64,000 bases of DNA from an uncultured Gemmatimonadales bacterium (GTDB lineage Bacteria; Gemmatimonadota; Gemmatimonadetes; Gemmatimonadales; GWC2-71-9), in the NCBI GenBank assembly GCA_963695555.1, contig CAVOGR010000007.1, forward strand, positions 256,001-320,000, written 5' to 3'. A program made the position numbers and the translations under genes. This document shows positions 60,437-64,000 of this stretch, in pieces. Positions within the stretch are counted from its first letter, which is position 1. The number at the start of each line of letters is the position of its first letter. Under the pieces are notes generated by a model. It ran no database searches, had not been told where the DNA came from, and saw only the letters and a program-made list of their open reading frames with translations.

Positions 60437-60585
60437 GGGGGAATCCTTTGAGGGAGGAGGCGTACAGGGCGGGGTCGTTTGGAGAGAGTGAGGAATCCGC
60501 CAGCCGATGTCAATACCTCGCGTGGCTTGACCTTCGCTTGATTCCCTCCCCCGAGCCTGGGGGTGCACTCAACCAGGAGAACACC

Positions 60586-60756
60586 GTGCGACGCCGCTGG
60601 ATGATCCTGACCGCCCTGCTGCTGGCTACGAGCCAGACCGCCTGCGAAATCGATCTGACCGGAGTCGGGGAGATCCTGTGCGGGGCGGTCGCCTCGGGCA
60701 CCCGACACTTCCCGAACGAGCAGCCCAAGGCCAACGAGTGTTCCGCGAAACGATGA
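60586..60756 (+). CDS. Small putative lipoprotein (56 aa)
   Basis: AGGAGA RBS, GTG start, hydrophobic signal ending QTAC. Confidence 0.55.
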   Translation: MRRRWMILTALLLATSQTACEIDLTGVGEILCGAVASGTRHFPNEQPKANECSAKR

Positions 60757-60770
60757 GTATCCCAAAAGCA

Positions 60771-60808
60771 AGCCCCGGGACGGTCCCGCAGGGGACCGTC
60801 CCGGGGCT
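60771..60808. terminator. Hairpin between convergent genes
   Basis: AGCCCCGGGACGGTCCC/GGGACCGTCCCGGGGCT. Confidence 0.8.
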
Positions 60809-60820
60809 CGTTGGAGAAAG

Positions 60821-61297
60821 CTACTTCTTGAGGACGGTCTGCGACGTTCCCGCACCGCCGGTCACCGCCGACCAGTGCGATGCCCGGACCTTCCACTTGC
60901 CGCCTTCCTTGACGAAGACCTGGGTGACGCGGGTGAGGTAATTGCCCACTCCTGCCGAACCCTTGGGCTGCATCATTCCTTCCGAATAGTAGAGCGCCAC
61001 CGCGGCCTGACCCTCGACCAGCGGGATCACCTTGATGTGTTTGGCCGTGATGTTGATGGCGTCCCACTCGTCAGGCCTTCCGCTGGCCGGTATCTCGTTC
61101 AGGAGACCGCCGCTCGACCAGAATTCGAGCGCGCCCTGACTCGAGTAGCCATCCGGCCGGCTCATCAAGTTGGTGTTGACGTAGGCGTTCGCGTCGAGAA
61201 TGGTCTGCGTGACTTCCTTTTCGGTTTGCGATTGGCCGTGGGCCAGACTCGGGACAACGGCCAGTCCTGCAATCACCAGCGCGGCGACTACTTTCAT
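60821..61297 (-). CDS. Secreted NTF2-like (DUF4440/SnoaL) protein
   Basis: Signal ending AHG; TRVTQVFVKEGGKWKVRASHWS. Confidence 0.8.
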   Translation of the reverse strand: MKVVAALVIAGLAVVPSLAHGQSQTEKEVTQTILDANAYVNTNLMSRPDGYSSQGALEFWSSGGLLNEIPASGRPDEWDAINITAKHIKVIPLVEGQAAVALYYSEGMMQPKGSAGVGNYLTRVTQVFVKEGGKWKVRASHWSAVTGGAGTSQTVLKK

Positions 61298-61530
61298 TTC
61301 TGCTACCTCCGGTGGGGGACAGCTACTCCATGGGCACTACCAATCAGAGCCTCGCGGGATCCGAGGGCAGACAACAATACCGTCCCGGCCCATAGATAGC
61401 GAACTGCAGGGCGGCTCGGCCTTGCCAAACGCGGTTCCGGCCATGCATTGTCCATGGTCCCAACGGATTACTTCGAGACGGAACAAACCATACACCGCGG
61501 CGGCCCGCATCGTCGAGGAGGGCTGAGTTC

Positions 61531-61743
61531 ATGACGCAAGGCAGGTCTCAGGTCGGGCCACTGTGGATCGTGAGATGGCGCGAATGGCTGGGACTTCCCG
61601 ACCTCGGAATTCCCAAGATCAAGGTGAAGATCGATACGGGTGCGCACTCGTCCGCCCTGCATGCGTTCGACGTCCAGCAGTTCCGCCGCCATGGAAAGTC
61701 GATGCTCCGATTTCGGGTCCATCCGCTCGCCGCCGTGCAGTAG
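61531..61743 (+). pseudogene. Truncated RimK-associated retropepsin-like protease
   Basis: WREWLGLPDLGI..IKVKIDTGAHSSALHA..VQQF, stops after 70 aa. Confidence 0.75.
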
Positions 61744-61854
61744 GCCTGGCCGAACCGCCCACAACGCAGTGAGCTGGGCTCCATGCGTTGCCCTCCGCTC
61801 CGCGTCACCTGCGCCAACATCATGACCGCCGTACCCATTCCTTGAGGTGACCCC

Positions 61855-62721
61855 ATGTTAGCCACCGAGATCCTCGACTTCACGCTCCTGACCCTGAGCG
61901 GGACCCCCGTAACCGTGGGGACCGTCATCACCGCCGTGGTGATCCTCATCGTCGCGTGGTGGGTGTCGCGCGGACTCCAGCGTGCCATCGGTCGTGCGCT
62001 CCAGCGGCGGACCGTGGCCGAGGGAAGCATCACGGTCATCACCCGCCTGGTTCACTATGCCGTCATCTTCGTCGGGATTGGGATTGCGCTCGACACCATC
62101 GGCTTCAGCCTCGGCGCCCTGTTCGCCGCGGGTGCCGTGTTCGCCGTGGGGATCGGCTTTGCCATGCAGAACATCGCCCAGAATTTCATGTCGGGCGTCA
62201 TCCTGCTGGTCGAGCGATCCATCAAGCCCGGTGACGTGCTGGAGGTCGAAGGGAAGGTGGTCCGTGTCGGACGCATGGGCATTCGCACGACGATCGCCCA
62301 AACCCGCGATGACGAGGAATTGATCGTTCCCAATTCGATTCTGGTCCAGGGAACCGTCAAGAACTATACCTTACAGGACTCCATCTACCGGCTACGAGCC
62401 CTGGTCGGCGTGGTCTACAGCTCGGATATGCGGCTGGTGTTGGAGCAATTGACCCGCGTTGCGAACGAGCAACCGTGGCGGAGCAGCCGGCGGGACCCGC
62501 GCGTTCTCATGACCAACTTCGGCGATTCCTCGGTGAACTTCGACGTGTCGGTGTGGATGGACAACCCATGGGAAGCGCCGATGGCGCTGTCACAACTCCA
62601 CCAGGCCATCTGGTGGGCCCTCAAGGAAAACGGGATCACCATCGCGTTCCCGCAGCTCGACGTGCACCTCGACCGAGACCTGACCGAGCCGATCGCCAGG
62701 CTGGCGACGAGGGCCGCGTAG
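61855..62721 (+). CDS. Small-conductance mechanosensitive channel (MscS family)
   Basis: GIGFAMQNIAQNFMSG, IKPGD, FGDSS, IAFPQ. Confidence 0.93.
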   Translation: MLATEILDFTLLTLSGTPVTVGTVITAVVILIVAWWVSRGLQRAIGRALQRRTVAEGSITVITRLVHYAVIFVGIGIALDTIGFSLGALFAAGAVFAVGIGFAMQNIAQNFMSGVILLVERSIKPGDVLEVEGKVVRVGRMGIRTTIAQTRDDEELIVPNSILVQGTVKNYTLQDSIYRLRALVGVVYSSDMRLVLEQLTRVANEQPWRSSRRDPRVLMTNFGDSSVNFDVSVWMDNPWEAPMALSQLHQAIWWALKENGITIAFPQLDVHLDRDLTEPIARLATRAA

Positions 62722-62784
62722 GGCAACGCGGCGCCCGTCACGTACCGGCGCACACAATTCACTCTTCGGGAGGTTCGATACCGG

Positions 62785-63892
62785 ATGCCGAAACATGCAC
62801 GCACAAAGAAGTTCTTTGAGAAGCGGCACCCACCGGTCGGCGCGCGCCCCGGCACCCTGGTAATCCCGGTCGGCGCCGCCCGCCCCCGGATCTCGGTGTT
62901 CGACTACACGCTCGAGGAGGTGGCCGAGGTCGAGATCGGGCAGGTCGGCGACTTGAAGCCGTACCTGGACCGCGATTCGGTCACCTGGGTCAACGTGGAG
63001 GGGCTCGGGGACGAGGCCGTGTTGCAGGAGATTGCCGAACTCTTTCAGCTCCACCCGTTGTTGATCGAGGACGTGGTCAATGCCCCGCAGCGGCCCAAAG
63101 TGGAGTCGTATGGTGACCTGCTTCTCTTGATCACCCGCATGATCATGGTTCAGAGCGACGACGGCGCCCAGGTCGACGCCGAGCAGGTGAGCATCATCCT
63201 GGGCAAGCGGTACGTGCTGACGTTTCAGGAAAAGCCGGGGGACGTGTTCGACCCGCTTCGGGCCCGCATCCACCGCGGGCTCGGCGCGATCCGGCGTTCC
63301 GGGACCGATTACCTGGCCTATGCGATCCTGGATACCGTCATCGACGCCTACTACCCCGCCCTGGAGCAAATCGGCGAATATGTGGAAGAGCTGGAAACAG
63401 AGGTCGTGGAGTCGCCTACCAAGGCCACCATCAGCCGGATCTACGACCTCAAGCGCCAGCTCCTGACCATTCGTCGCGCCGTGTGGCCGCAGCGGGACAT
63501 GCTCAACCGCATGATCCACGAAGAGGAGGCCTTCTCCGAACCCGTGCGGGTGTACCTACGCGATTGCTACGACCATTGCGTCCAGGCGGGCGATATCATC
63601 GAGTCGTACCGGGAAATGGCCGGCGGCCTGCTCGACGTCTATCTCTCGAGCGTGAGCAACCGCATGAACGAAGTCATGAAGGTCCTCACCATCATGGCGA
63701 GCATCTTCATCCCGCTGACGTTCATCGCGGGCGTCTACGGCATGAATTTCGAGTTCATGCCCGAACTGCATCACCGCCTGGCCTACCCGATTCTCCTCAC
63801 GATCATGATTTGTCACGGCGGGAGCCATGATCTGGTACTTCCAGCGCCGCGGCTGGATCAGCACCGGGAAGGAGCGGGACCCGGACCGGTAG
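62785..63892 (+). CDS. corA: Magnesium/cobalt transporter CorA, 1-nt insertion near 63809
   Basis: Absent from the ORF track because the frameshift removes the stop. Hand translation gives HPLLIEDVVNAPQRPK, NEVMKVLT, GVYGMNF.MPEL, then WYFQRRGW in the shifted frame ending at TAG 63892. Confidence 0.92.
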
Positions 63893-63902
63893 CGCTTTCC
63901 AC

Positions 63903-63929
63903 GGGGGGCGCGGCTCCGCCGCGCCCCCC
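63903..63929. terminator. Hairpin between convergent genes
   Basis: GGGGGGCGCGG/CCGCGCCCCCC. Confidence 0.7.
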
Positions 63930-63939
63930 GCTCTCCACC

Positions 63940-64000
63940 CTATTGCTTGACGATCTCGACTCGTCGGTTCTGCGCCCGTCCCTCGGGCGTCGCGTTGGGC
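63940..64000 (-). CDS. C-terminus of an OmpA-family protein (partial)
   Basis: Minus strand reads PNATPEGRAQNRRVEIVKQ*, the OmpA_C NRRVE motif. Confidence 0.85.
   Translation of the reverse strand, partial: PNATPEGRAQNRRVEIVKQ

Noticed and set aside
12521..63892. Programmed ribosomal frameshifting in the split genes
   Set aside because: Breaks sit mostly at short homopolymers in unrelated genes without slippery heptamers; sequencing error is simpler.

Overview
A GC-rich bacterial chromosomal window; the many secreted peptidases and lipoproteins and a BTAD-type regulator suggest Gemmatimonadota or a similar sediment lineage (inference only). Positions ~1-26 kb are an accessory region of small, mostly + strand genes (methyltransferases, serine hydrolases, GNAT, VOC, SnoaL, SRPBCC, peptidases). 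They are separated by purine-rich 7/8-mer tandem tracts, a dispersed ~100-115 bp repeat and several decayed attC-like motifs. Positions 26.1-33.7 kb hold a complete hdrCBA-mvhDGA-maturation protease-cNMP protein operon (group 3c-like NiFe hydrogenase/heterodisulfide reductase) with a perfect Rex-type operator upstream. Further right are a diguanylate cyclase, the glyoxylate shunt (aceB-aceA), a KUP/KimA-like transporter fused to two USP domains, an M1 aminopeptidase, a heavily frameshifted archaeal-type HMG-CoA synthase/thiolase/DUF35 trio, MscS and CorA. The most striking observation is that two unrelated hydrolase genes are each followed immediately by a small gene that is a free-standing copy of the enzyme's own N-terminal pro-domain. 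One is a protein-glutamine glutaminase-like enzyme (5090-6350), the other a trypsin-like lipoprotein protease (58948-60436); both are candidate enzyme/trans-inhibitor pairs. Many genes carry single-base indels, most likely long-read consensus errors. No rRNA, tRNA, CRISPR array, integrase or transposase was recognised. Family assignments come from motifs read by eye; no database search was run.
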